Virus record (IMG/VR): IMGVR_UViG_3300025890_002227
Coordinates: 1-56,876 of that record
Reading direction: 5' to 3' (one strand)
DNA length: 56,876 bases
DNA from: a virus
Taxonomy: Duplodnaviria > Caudoviricetes
Shown: positions 48,378 through 56,519 of the stretch, piece by piece
Position numbering within the stretch: the stretch's first letter is position 1
Layout: every line of letters begins with the position of its first letter
Notes under the pieces: generated by a model
The model's input: the letters and a program-made list of their open reading frames with translations, nothing else
Told to the model about the DNA's origin: nothing
The model's database searches: none
Program-made: the position numbers and the translations under genes

Positions 48378-49537
48378 TACTTTTCTGGTATTCGTTCGTC
48401 TAATGTTACCAAAATATTTAGATACTCTTCACCTCTAACAACGCCCAATGTAACTTTATTTCCAGGCATTTGTAATGCAAACCAGTCAAAGAAGTCACTG
48501 GAGTTTCTAATAGCAATCTTGTCTACTCTTGATATAATATCATCTACGTGTAAGTCTGCGAGTTCTGCAGGTGACCCAGGCTCGATTTCATTAACAATAA
48601 TACCACGTGGTAAATTTAAATCGCTGTTTTGTTGCAAGCCGACACCTAGTCTTGGTCTACGCACTCTGTCATATTGTAGCAATTCACTAATAACATGAGA
48701 AGTTACTTCACTAGTAACAGCAAAGTTAAGACCAGTCTCGTTAGGAGTATCGCCTCCCGCACCAGGACCAATTATCATTACGTTAACACCAACAACTTTG
48801 CCGCGTAAATTAAATAATGGACCTCCGCTATTTCCTGGATTTACTGCTGTATCTGTTTGTACTAGAGACTGCCAAATATTATTAAGTTTTCTGTTTAGAT
48901 AACTTGTTACACCTTGCGTTACAGTCCACATTAAACCATGAGGATGTCCAATAGCAAATACAGGCTCTCCAAGACGTGGTAAAGACGGAGCAAAAGTTAA
49001 TGGCACTATATTCATAATATCAGAGTCAGGGTTTATAATTTCTAATATTGCAATGTCAGTATCTTTGTCTGCTGAAATAAGGTGGGCCTTGTATGCATGC
49101 CAACTCTTATTTTTTAATCTAACTAAGTACTCATCTTGAACCCCGCCATCGATTACATGATGGTTAGTAACAATAAGATTTTTTCCAACAAAAAATCCAG
49201 TGCCATGTCCTGCTTGCTGGAGTTCTTGTTCCACTGGAATAAAGTTTGACTCTTCTAAAAAATCATTTAATGGATTATTATTTTCTTCTTGATCTTCAGG
49301 AACCGGGACTATTTTGGGCACCGGACCGTCTACTTCTACATAATTCATAGTTGTAATAGCCACAACAGAATTTATAACTCTAGGAATAATATTCTCTATT
49401 CCAAGACTTGTTGTATTGTATGTAATTGGTTCAGCAGAATCCTGGGCCCAGGACCACTGCTTGGTATTTGACCCCAATGCAGGGGTGATTAATAATGCGG
49501 CTAATGCTATAGCAGTTGCCTGTTTTTTTAGAGTCAT
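48377..49537 (-). CDS. HtrA/DegP-family serine protease with one PDZ domain
   Basis: Signal peptide, TNHHVI, DIAIL, TDTAVNPGNSGGPL triad motifs, PGSPA.LA.L...DII PDZ. Confidence 0.93.
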   Translation of the reverse strand: MTLKKQATAIALAALLITPALGSNTKQWSWAQDSAEPITYNTTSLGIENIIPRVINSVVAITTMNYVEVDGPVPKIVPVPEDQEENNNPLNDFLEESNFIPVEQELQQAGHGTGFFVGKNLIVTNHHVIDGGVQDEYLVRLKNKSWHAYKAHLISADKDTDIAILEIINPDSDIMNIVPLTFAPSLPRLGEPVFAIGHPHGLMWTVTQGVTSYLNRKLNNIWQSLVQTDTAVNPGNSGGPLFNLRGKVVGVNVMIIGPGAGGDTPNETGLNFAVTSEVTSHVISELLQYDRVRRPRLGVGLQQNSDLNLPRGIIVNEIEPGSPAELADLHVDDIISRVDKIAIRNSSDFFDWFALQMPGNKVTLGVVRGEEYLNILVTLDERIPEK

Positions 49538-49596
49538 AAAATTACTCCTTTAATTATTTATTTAACCAGCGAGTTGTTACAAATAATAATAGCACA

Positions 49597-49642
49597 CTAT
49601 TAAATAAATAGATTGCATGCTATTAAATAAATAGATTGCATG
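49597..49642 (+). repeat. Perfect 23-bp tandem duplication ctattaaataaatagattgcatg
   Basis: 49597-49619 and 49620-49642 are identical; each contains TAAATA and ATG. Confidence 0.92.
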
Positions 49643-50401
49643 CCAAAACAATTCAAAGATAGTATTAAAGTTGACAAAAATAAGTTTAAGTACACTGTTT
49701 ATTATTACCCTGGCAGTGGTGGGAACATATTTGCGTGGCTATTAGGACTTGCTCATGAGCCTAGGTTAATTAACACTGCTCTTGAATGTTTTCCGATGGT
49801 CTTACAGTCAGACACTCGTACATTAATAGACGATGCAGGAAATATGTTATCCGGTTGGTGTTTATATGAAAATGTTCAATCTTTGAATCCATATGCAAAG
49901 GCAGTATTTTTAAATGTTAATTTTAAAGATTCACAAATAACTGATTTAAACGGGACCATGGGCTCATTAAATGGGTTAAATTCGCTGATGAAATTAACTG
50001 AGCTTTCCAGTAAGCATTCTAAAAATATATTCTTAACAATGTCGCCTAAATCAAGAATGAGAGCGTGTTATGAAAAGGGCTGTCGACCATGGAGATCAAC
50101 TGATCACCGCACATGCAGATCAATTATAAATGAAATGTTAGCACACAATATGTATCAAAATACAATATTAACCGAGTTTAAAGGTATAGATTATTTTTTA
50201 GACTACACTGATTTATATACAGGCGCATATCTAAAAAAGATAGAACAAATTACAAAACAACCAGCAACTGATTCATCAATCGAATCTATGGAAACCTTGG
50301 TTAACAGATACATTCAACTAACTCCGCCCAAGTTACTAACAAAAATTAAAGCGGAACTAAATATATACAATAGCAAAGACTACAATAGTATCAATCTTTA
50401 A
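49640..50401 (+). CDS. Hypothetical protein, possibly sulfotransferase-like
   Basis: YYPGSGGN.FAWLL N-terminal loop; LDYTDL. Confidence 0.6.
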   Translation: MPKQFKDSIKVDKNKFKYTVYYYPGSGGNIFAWLLGLAHEPRLINTALECFPMVLQSDTRTLIDDAGNMLSGWCLYENVQSLNPYAKAVFLNVNFKDSQITDLNGTMGSLNGLNSLMKLTELSSKHSKNIFLTMSPKSRMRACYEKGCRPWRSTDHRTCRSIINEMLAHNMYQNTILTEFKGIDYFLDYTDLYTGAYLKKIEQITKQPATDSSIESMETLVNRYIQLTPPKLLTKIKAELNIYNSKDYNSINL

Positions 50402-50448
50402 CGCAAACATCAATCAGTTAGTTTTCCTGTACATAGGAAATCAAATTG

Positions 50449-51381
50449 ATGAATCAGATAGAAGTACAATATTGCGAGGAAACGTTAGCAGTCATTGAAC
50501 TGAGAAATCATCCGTTTATAGATGAGTGGTTTGAACATTGGAAATACGTAAACAATAATTATCCGCTAATGGCATGTCCATCGGAATGGCCGCCTAATCT
50601 CAGTAATCATACTACAGCGGAAACAATTATAGAAAACATACAAGTAATAAAAGACACTGGCAATAAGTGTAATAAACTTACAAAAACTCACATATTCCCT
50701 TATACTGAAGAAACGTTTCCAAGTATTGACGTCTTTTTAAAACAAGACTTAACAGCCCAAAAATACCTTAACGAATTTCATCGATACTTTACCACTGGCG
50801 TTCAATATCCACATACTCGTGATTTGTATGATAACGGTATGATAAGTGATCTAACATACACTAATGCTTGGCTTGCAGAAATTCAAAAAATTAACCAAGC
50901 AGTACACAAAATAGACAATGCCACAATTACTCCTAACGTTAAACGTTGTCCTGTGATTAAAAGATTAAATTTTGGTTATGAAATACATAATAAAGATATG
51001 TATTTACAAGAATCTACCTTTAAAAAAATTTCTAAGTTACAATTAGTATCCGCTTCGGACGATAGTAAAGAATGGAACGTTTGGATGGCAGTAGATCTAT
51101 TAGGAAAAGATTATCCTACTGGATTTATAAATCATGATAATGCCAATGCATGGGATATTGACTATTTAAATACATACACTGGCACGTTTACAATATCAAC
51201 TAACAATATTACTCACGTTGACATATGTAAATCTGATGGATTCAGCGATTGGCTATCATTATATAATAGAGAATACAATCCAACTATGTGCGGTATTCCG
51301 TTAGGCAAAACAACATATCTTAACAAAGAAATTTTGTCGTCTGGTTACGATAGTCGTAAAATAATTCTACTTTCGATATAA
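50449..51381 (+). CDS. Hypothetical protein, paralog of 34566-35561
   Basis: IEL.NHPF.D.W, LNEFHRYFTTG, LGKDY, AWDID, CGIPLGK. Confidence 0.75.
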   Translation: MNQIEVQYCEETLAVIELRNHPFIDEWFEHWKYVNNNYPLMACPSEWPPNLSNHTTAETIIENIQVIKDTGNKCNKLTKTHIFPYTEETFPSIDVFLKQDLTAQKYLNEFHRYFTTGVQYPHTRDLYDNGMISDLTYTNAWLAEIQKINQAVHKIDNATITPNVKRCPVIKRLNFGYEIHNKDMYLQESTFKKISKLQLVSASDDSKEWNVWMAVDLLGKDYPTGFINHDNANAWDIDYLNTYTGTFTISTNNITHVDICKSDGFSDWLSLYNREYNPTMCGIPLGKTTYLNKEILSSGYDSRKIILLSI

Positions 51382-51417
51382 ATCGCGAAGGCGGTAGAGA
51401 AGATTACTTCAGTTAAA

Positions 51418-51444
51418 AAAATACCCGCTTAACGCGGGTATTTT
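51418..51444. terminator. Bidirectional Rho-independent terminator between convergent genes
   Basis: aaaatacccgc-ttaac-gcgggtatttt inverted repeat. Confidence 0.8.
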
Positions 51445-51556
51445 AGTATTAGTTTAATGTGTCCCCGGCCCTTAAGACCACTAGCAGTCCACTTATAATT
51501 ATAATGTGTTATCTATGTATTAATAATATAAATTTATTGTGTATTATAAATTTTAT

Positions 51557-51754
51557 TCATCTTAATTCTCGTTCTATATCTAATTCATTTTCTTTTAAGT
51601 TTATCTCATTGCTTACCAGGTAAGCAATATATTTTGCATCGTCTATCAATATATTTTTTTCAACTATATCTTGTGTGTCTTTGGCTTTTTGCAAAATGCT
51701 TTGTAGCGTACTAACTAGTTCTAATATATCATCAATATTATGAGCCATATCCAA
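51557..51754 (-). CDS. Small hypothetical protein
   Basis: AGGAG SD; helical 65 aa ORF. Confidence 0.6.
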   Translation of the reverse strand: MDMAHNIDDILELVSTLQSILQKAKDTQDIVEKNILIDDAKYIAYLVSNEINLKENELDIERELR

Positions 51755-51787
51755 CTCCTATTGTATTATACATCTTATAATATTTAA

Positions 51788-52003
51788 TTAATTACCGAAC
51801 CTATCCTCCAAAATACGATTTAAATCCTTTATTCCTTCAGACACTGTCTTTTCAAAAAAGAAAGGAAATATTGAGTGAACAATACCAGCAAGTGTTAGGC
51901 ATAATAAAACCAATGCAAAACGCAATGCGTTGAGCATATGTTCTAAATACGTTTCACCGACATCTTCTGGATGTTCTGTAAACAGTTTTAAAATTTTTTT
52001 CAC
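51788..52003 (-). CDS. DUF6356-like protein
   Basis: LFTEHP.DVGETY.EH...AL.F......AGIVHSIFPF.FE.T.S. Confidence 0.75.
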   Translation of the reverse strand: MKKILKLFTEHPEDVGETYLEHMLNALRFALVLLCLTLAGIVHSIFPFFFEKTVSEGIKDLNRILEDRFGN

Positions 52004-52012
52004 AGTCTTCTA

Positions 52013-52663
52013 CTATTTTGGAAAGTAATCTGGCCACGTCACTTTTACAATGTTAGTTCGTGCTTTAACGTTTACGTCTCCACCGTTTCTTGCTAACGCA
52101 GATACCATTATATAAACTGTCTCACCTTTCTTAGGTCTCCAGTTTCTCAATGGAGATTGTTTAATATGGTCTCCAGCAAGACTTTTAGCATTCTTTTCAT
52201 AATTGCCAACTACAAGCCATTCCCACGTGGCTCCATGCCACTGTCCATTCTTATAAACAAAAACCCATGGATTAGCATTTACTTCTATATCCTTTGTACC
52301 AGAATTATGTCTAATAGTCTTTCCTGGCCATTTATGTGTGTCGGCGAAGTTCATTCTAATAACACCTGGTCTTGGAAAATTAACAGCCAATTGGCTTGTT
52401 TCTTCCCAATCTTTAACATTTGTATGTAACCAGTTAACATCGTTTAAATCCAATGGTGGTGGAACAAATGTTGTGCTGGTGGCTGTTTCTTGACCTGGTG
52501 CTGGTCCAGGTTTAGTAACTGCATTTGCAGGCTTTGGTGCCTTACGTGCCGCTTGCTTTTTCTTCTTTTTCTTTTGTTGTGCTATCGCAATGCCTGCTCC
52601 TGCTACAACTAGCAACACTATTAATACTTCAAAGTTTGCTGTTAAATCGTTCAGTAAATCCAT
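52013..52663 (-). CDS. Membrane-anchored protein with poly-Lys/Pro linker and Trp-rich domain
   Basis: TM helix LIVLLVVAGAGIAIA, KKKKKK stop-transfer, PKPA linker, NANPW..WHGATWEWL. Confidence 0.75.
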   Translation of the reverse strand: MDLLNDLTANFEVLIVLLVVAGAGIAIAQQKKKKKKQAARKAPKPANAVTKPGPAPGQETATSTTFVPPPLDLNDVNWLHTNVKDWEETSQLAVNFPRPGVIRMNFADTHKWPGKTIRHNSGTKDIEVNANPWVFVYKNGQWHGATWEWLVVGNYEKNAKSLAGDHIKQSPLRNWRPKKGETVYIMVSALARNGGDVNVKARTNIVKVTWPDYFPK

Positions 52664-53034
52664 TATTCTGGTCTCTCTGGTTTTTCTGCGTTAGGATCTT
52701 GTCCTGGAATGCTGGCTTGTCCCCATTTTGCGAACGATAAAAATAGTTCTTCATGTTGCGGGCTAAGTTTAGCATAGCGTCTAAGTTTTTCACGCTCTTC
52801 TTTACCTTGTCTATGTTGACGCGTATCATCAGACATCATATAAGTCCAATCATGTTTATCTAATAAATCCCAAAACTCTGGCAATGCCATGTTTTTTTCG
52901 TCTTCAATTTCTCTCAATCTCATTTCAATATTCCTTTCTTTCGGCACTACACCATAGCCAACAGTTCTGTCCCAGTCTCTCTGACTAAAGTAGTAGCTTT
53001 TATCAATAGATCGAGTGTATTTGTTCGAACCCAT
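52663..53034 (-). CDS. Hypothetical protein
   Basis: LL.KHDWTY.MSDD.R....G motif common in phage small proteins. Confidence 0.7.
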   Translation of the reverse strand: MGSNKYTRSIDKSYYFSQRDWDRTVGYGVVPKERNIEMRLREIEDEKNMALPEFWDLLDKHDWTYMMSDDTRQHRQGKEEREKLRRYAKLSPQHEELFLSFAKWGQASIPGQDPNAEKPERPE

Positions 53035-53242
53035 CAGGTATAGTTCCTACTTTCATTAATGATGCAACTTTGTTGTCATTCACATAATAATCATAGCAGA
53101 CATCTTCCGCTACGATATTAATATCTAGTCCAGAGCCGGGAAAATATTCTTCCCAAAGCCTTGTTGCTTTATTAAGCGTTTCGACCTTATGAATTGTTAA
53201 AAATTCAATATTACCTTTAAGGTCTATCATTTGTGCGTACAT
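53003..53242 (-). CDS. Hypothetical protein
   Basis: 79 aa ORF with AAGGAAG SD and upstream TAAATA. Confidence 0.6.
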   Translation of the reverse strand: MYAQMIDLKGNIEFLTIHKVETLNKATRLWEEYFPGSGLDINIVAEDVCYDYYVNDNKVASLMKVGTIPDGFEQIHSIY

Positions 53243-53261
53243 ACTTCTTCCTTGTATTTAT

Positions 53262-54245
53262 TTATAGATGCTTCATTGTTTCGTAAGCACCTTCTTTTAG
53301 CGTACCTGTATCCCAATCCAAGTAACTGCCCATTCCGGTGTCACCCACAACTACCGAAAAGTCCTTCCATGACCCATCACTGTCTTTATAGTTTATATTG
53401 ACTGTTTGGTCTTTTAGTTTTTGCCCAGGCTCAGATGTAATAGTAATGTTAAAGTCATCATCGCTAACTCCAATTTCTTTCAAAGTAGAAGTAAAAAAGT
53501 CTCCTACCCATTTGTCATTACCGCCTGCCATATATCCATAGTTCTTATTTGTGCTAACAACTCTACATTTCCCGCCATCACCAGCACGTTTAAGATACAT
53601 TTGGTTCCATCCCGTTCCTGTGCTATTAGTGCCATTTTGAATAGTATTACTTCCCATATCATTCATTTGGCTTAATAATACATCTTTTGGCGACTGTCCT
53701 TCCTTTGGTTTGCTCAAATAATTGGAACGAATCGATCCTTCTTGTGCTAGTTTTGATGTGGATCCTTGCTTACAAAAACTTTCACCTTTACTAGGATCAT
53801 TTATATTAGACTTAGACGCTGTTGTTGATACTCCAGATGAGCATTTTGGCAAAAAGGGTTTAATTTCTTCTGTTGCCGTACATTGCCATCTGCTACAATC
53901 AGACGGTGTAAATGTAATAGTTTGACCATGCAACTCTGATCTTGCATTTTTACCGAACTCTACAATCACTAGCCCATCTTGAACTTTAACATTATCAGTA
54001 TATTTGCCTGAAATTTCAAAAGGCTGTGGCACTGCCGCGTCAATATTGTCTGTGGGCAATCGTTGTTCTATTTGGCAAATGAGAGACACGCTAGAACGTG
54101 CTGGCCCGGTAATTATGTATCCTTCGGATATCTGAGAACGTAATACATATTTTCCATAAACAGGCAATGCGATTGAGGCAAGTATACCAACAATCGTGAC
54201 TACGATCATTAATTCAATGAGGGTAAAGCCTTGTTGATTTTTCAT
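53262..54245 (-). CDS. Type IVa pilin-like protein with C-terminal extra domain
   Basis: Prepilin cleavage motif QQG|[21 protein letters not shown]; pilin body ending W.C...LP.C; about 190 aa extension after a Ser/Thr linker. Confidence 0.88.
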   Translation of the reverse strand: MKNQQGFTLIELMIVVTIVGILASIALPVYGKYVLRSQISEGYIITGPARSSVSLICQIEQRLPTDNIDAAVPQPFEISGKYTDNVKVQDGLVIVEFGKNARSELHGQTITFTPSDCSRWQCTATEEIKPFLPKCSSGVSTTASKSNINDPSKGESFCKQGSTSKLAQEGSIRSNYLSKPKEGQSPKDVLLSQMNDMGSNTIQNGTNSTGTGWNQMYLKRAGDGGKCRVVSTNKNYGYMAGGNDKWVGDFFTSTLKEIGVSDDDFNITITSEPGQKLKDQTVNINYKDSDGSWKDFSVVVGDTGMGSYLDWDTGTLKEGAYETMKHL

Positions 54246-54249
54246 AATT

Positions 54250-54411
54250 TTACAACTGATGAAAAGGGATTGAATTATCGTCCATTATAACTTCTTCATG
54301 ATCTAGTTCAAGTACATTCGCAACTCTCCTAAGATCCATACCAGCAGATAGCAGTTCACAAATCATAGCAGTATCTTTCTCTATTTGTTCACGCTTTTGC
54401 CATTCATCCAT
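54250..54411 (-). CDS. Small hypothetical protein (53 aa, not in ORF track)
   Basis: [53 protein letters not shown]; HTH-like segment; GAGGA SD. Confidence 0.6.
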   Translation of the reverse strand: MDEWQKREQIEKDTAMICELLSAGMDLRRVANVLELDHEEVIMDDNSIPFHQL

Positions 54412-54412
54412 T

Positions 54413-54610
54413 TTATCTTTCCTCATCAATTACCCAGTTTAAAAAAGTTACCCAATCACACGCAGTATCGGAGCGTTGGTATTCTAACCACTTTTTCCAA
54501 TACATAAAAATCTGCTCACTATCCATATAATGGACCGCTTGCAACAATGCCTCGTCGAACTCTTCCAGAGTCGTTGGCACATTTAATACAATTGTTTTAT
54601 TGTTTTCCAT
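54413..54610 (-). CDS. Hypothetical protein (leaderless)
   Basis: First gene after IHF/sigma70 promoter copy 3. Confidence 0.65.
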   Translation of the reverse strand: MENNKTIVLNVPTTLEEFDEALLQAVHYMDSEQIFMYWKKWLEYQRSDTACDWVTFLNWVIDEER

Positions 54611-54616
54611 TGTATT

Positions 54617-54672
54617 ATTATAGCGGATTTTTAGGTATTTGTCACGAATTTAATTACTCTAAGTAATTGATA
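54617..54672 (-). promoter_or_regulatory. IHF-consensus site plus sigma70-like promoter (copy 3), leaderless
   Basis: TATCAAttacTTA (54672-54660); 14 nt to GTGACA (54645-54640); 17 nt to TATAAT (54622-54617); ATG 6 nt later. Confidence 0.72.
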
Positions 54673-54687
54673 TTAAAGGACTTTTAA

Positions 54688-54957
54688 CTATTTTGCTTTT
54701 TGTGCGTCTAATAATTGTGATATTAGGGCATCTTTCTTTTTACGACGGTCTAGTTCAACATTAAATTCAGCACGGCCGAGTTCTTCTAGTTGAACTTTTG
54801 TAAGTTTTCCTAGCGATGCTTTTGTGTGTTTTTTACTTTTTGCCTTCGTTGTAGTCTTTTTCTTAGCCGGTTTCTTAACAGGTTGTGATTCAAAAACTGG
54901 CCCAGGTGTTTGTGTACTTGGTTTGAAGCCAAATAGTGATTTGATAAACTCAAACAT
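54688..54957 (-). CDS. Basic protein with C-terminal Rho-N-like (HeH) nucleic-acid-binding motif
   Basis: KKPAKKKTTTKAK linker; L.KLTK.QLEELGR..F.VELDRRKKK..LI..L. Confidence 0.7.
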   Translation of the reverse strand: MFEFIKSLFGFKPSTQTPGPVFESQPVKKPAKKKTTTKAKSKKHTKASLGKLTKVQLEELGRAEFNVELDRRKKKDALISQLLDAQKAK

Positions 54958-55007
54958 TGATATTCTCCATATAATAATGTGTTATTATTTATATTATGAT
55001 TGTTGGG

Positions 55008-55562
55008 TTAAACTCTAAGAATGACTTCGCTTTCCCAGTCACCAAAGAATTGTTCCCAACTTCTATGATCGATCATAATGGGAAACTTCTTTCTATTTGC
55101 TAGTAACTGGTGATAGTTTGGCTTAAAGGGCCACCATTTTGGCTCCCATTGTCCTACCGGGTCTTTATTTCCTTTTAATGAGTTACAATTAGAGCATGAT
55201 GATACAATGTTTTCCCACGATTTTTGACCGCCATCTCGTCTCGGAATAACATGGTCGTATGTAAGTTCGCGTATTGTTATAGGTGTTTCGCAGTATACGC
55301 AAATGCCATGGTCTCTATAGAACAGTGATTCACGCCTAAGTTTAAGTTCGTTTTTAATTTTAACATAGGTATTACGAGCAATGACACTAGGCCAATACAT
55401 ATCCAACGTTGGTGTTTGAATTTTTCTATTATAGTCGAACACAGAATGACAACTATCGTTGAAAATTCTACCCACAGCGTCCTCCACTGGAACTGTGTGC
55501 AGTGGTAATAAAGATATTGGCATGTAAGAGGCATTAAGAACTAGTGTTCGTATACCTAGCAT
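55008..55562 (-). CDS. HNH endonuclease
   Basis: TLVLNASY.P, RD...CVYC, TYDHVIPR..GG..SWENIV.SC..CN..KG. Confidence 0.92.
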   Translation of the reverse strand: MLGIRTLVLNASYMPISLLPLHTVPVEDAVGRIFNDSCHSVFDYNRKIQTPTLDMYWPSVIARNTYVKIKNELKLRRESLFYRDHGICVYCETPITIRELTYDHVIPRRDGGQKSWENIVSSCSNCNSLKGNKDPVGQWEPKWWPFKPNYHQLLANRKKFPIMIDHRSWEQFFGDWESEVILRV

Positions 55563-55624
55563 TATGTTCTTCCATTCATTTTATTTATTTACTGTGATAA
55601 TATATTATAATACAATAAAAATGA

Positions 55625-56245
55625 TTAATTCCAACCAACCTTATAATCGATCTCCATTAGACTTTTCATCTTTTCAATCTGTTCATTTGACGGAGAAATT
55701 TGTGTTTCCTTATTTCCTGGCCGCATGTGTTGTTTTATTATAGGATTTCCGGACCAAACTCGTAACATGGGTAAAAGATGGGTATCCACTTCTTTATGAT
55801 TGTAGATATGTGTAAATATTCTTTTATCATTTCCCAAGTGTGTTGAGTTCGGACTACAATGATCCCAAACGTTTATATTGCTCTTTTTGCAAATTATATT
55901 ATAGTTTTCTAAAAACATATCTAATGAGGTTTCTTTTATGAATTGATGTGCAATACAATGCGAGTATCCACTAGATAATTTTTCGATTGGATCTCGCCAT
56001 ATTGCTATTCTAAAATCACATTCTAATAATTCTTTCTCATAACCATTAAATGGTTTCCTGCGTCCTATGTAACTGTCTTTTCCAAGCAAGTTTGTGAATT
56101 TAGTATAGTTTGGAAGTTCACCATTCTTATCAAACTTTACACCACACGCCTGTAGTATATAACTTATTGTAGAAGTGCTGGCACACTTAGGATTTCGTAT
56201 AACTCCAATGTTATATCCAGCAAGTTTAAATCTCAATAAAGCCAT
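55625..56245 (-). CDS. Sulfotransferase family 2-like protein
   Basis: RNPKCASTST 5'-PSB motif, WRDPIEKL.SGY 3'-PB motif, DH..P, DY..GW end. Confidence 0.8.
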   Translation of the reverse strand: MALLRFKLAGYNIGVIRNPKCASTSTISYILQACGVKFDKNGELPNYTKFTNLLGKDSYIGRRKPFNGYEKELLECDFRIAIWRDPIEKLSSGYSHCIAHQFIKETSLDMFLENYNIICKKSNINVWDHCSPNSTHLGNDKRIFTHIYNHKEVDTHLLPMLRVWSGNPIIKQHMRPGNKETQISPSNEQIEKMKSLMEIDYKVGWN

Positions 56246-56256
56246 AATATTTTAAA

Positions 56257-56334
56257 TGGTAGGATCAGGTGGACTCGAACCACCGACCCCCACATTATCA
56301 GTGTGGTGCTCTAACCGGGCTGAGCTATGATCCT
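56257..56334 (-). tRNA. tRNA-Ile (GAT)
   Basis: AGGATCA acceptor, anticodon stem ccaca/tgtgg with loop CTGATAA, GGTTCGAGTCC, CCA. Confidence 0.95.
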
Positions 56335-56338
56335 AAAT

Positions 56339-56429
56339 TGGCGGAGAGGGAGAGATTCGAACTCTCGAAGGGCTATTAACCCTTGCTGGTTTTCAAGACC
56401 AGTGCATTCAACCGCTCTGCCACCTCTCC
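56339..56429 (-). tRNA. tRNA-Ser (TGA)
   Basis: GGAGAGG acceptor, loop CTTGAAA, long variable arm, GTTCGAATC, GCCA end. Confidence 0.95.
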
Positions 56430-56434
56430 TAGTA

Positions 56435-56519
56435 TGGTGCCCGAGGAGGGACTTGAACCCCCACACCTTTCGGTACTGGTACCTAAAACCAGCGCGTCTA
56501 CCAATTCCACCACTCGGGC
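56435..56519 (-). tRNA. tRNA-Leu (TAG)
   Basis: GCCCGAG acceptor, loop TTTAGGT, variable arm, GTTCAAGTC, ACCA end. Confidence 0.95.

Noticed and set aside
52629-52829. Alternative-frame minus-strand ORFs (also 18544-18825, 24587-24835, 27287-27469, 55277-55534)
   Set aside because: Nested within better-supported genes on the same strand and lacking independent signals
55008-55562. HNH as an intron-encoded homing endonuclease
   Set aside because: Free-standing gene; the flanking genes are not interrupted and no group I intron core is evident
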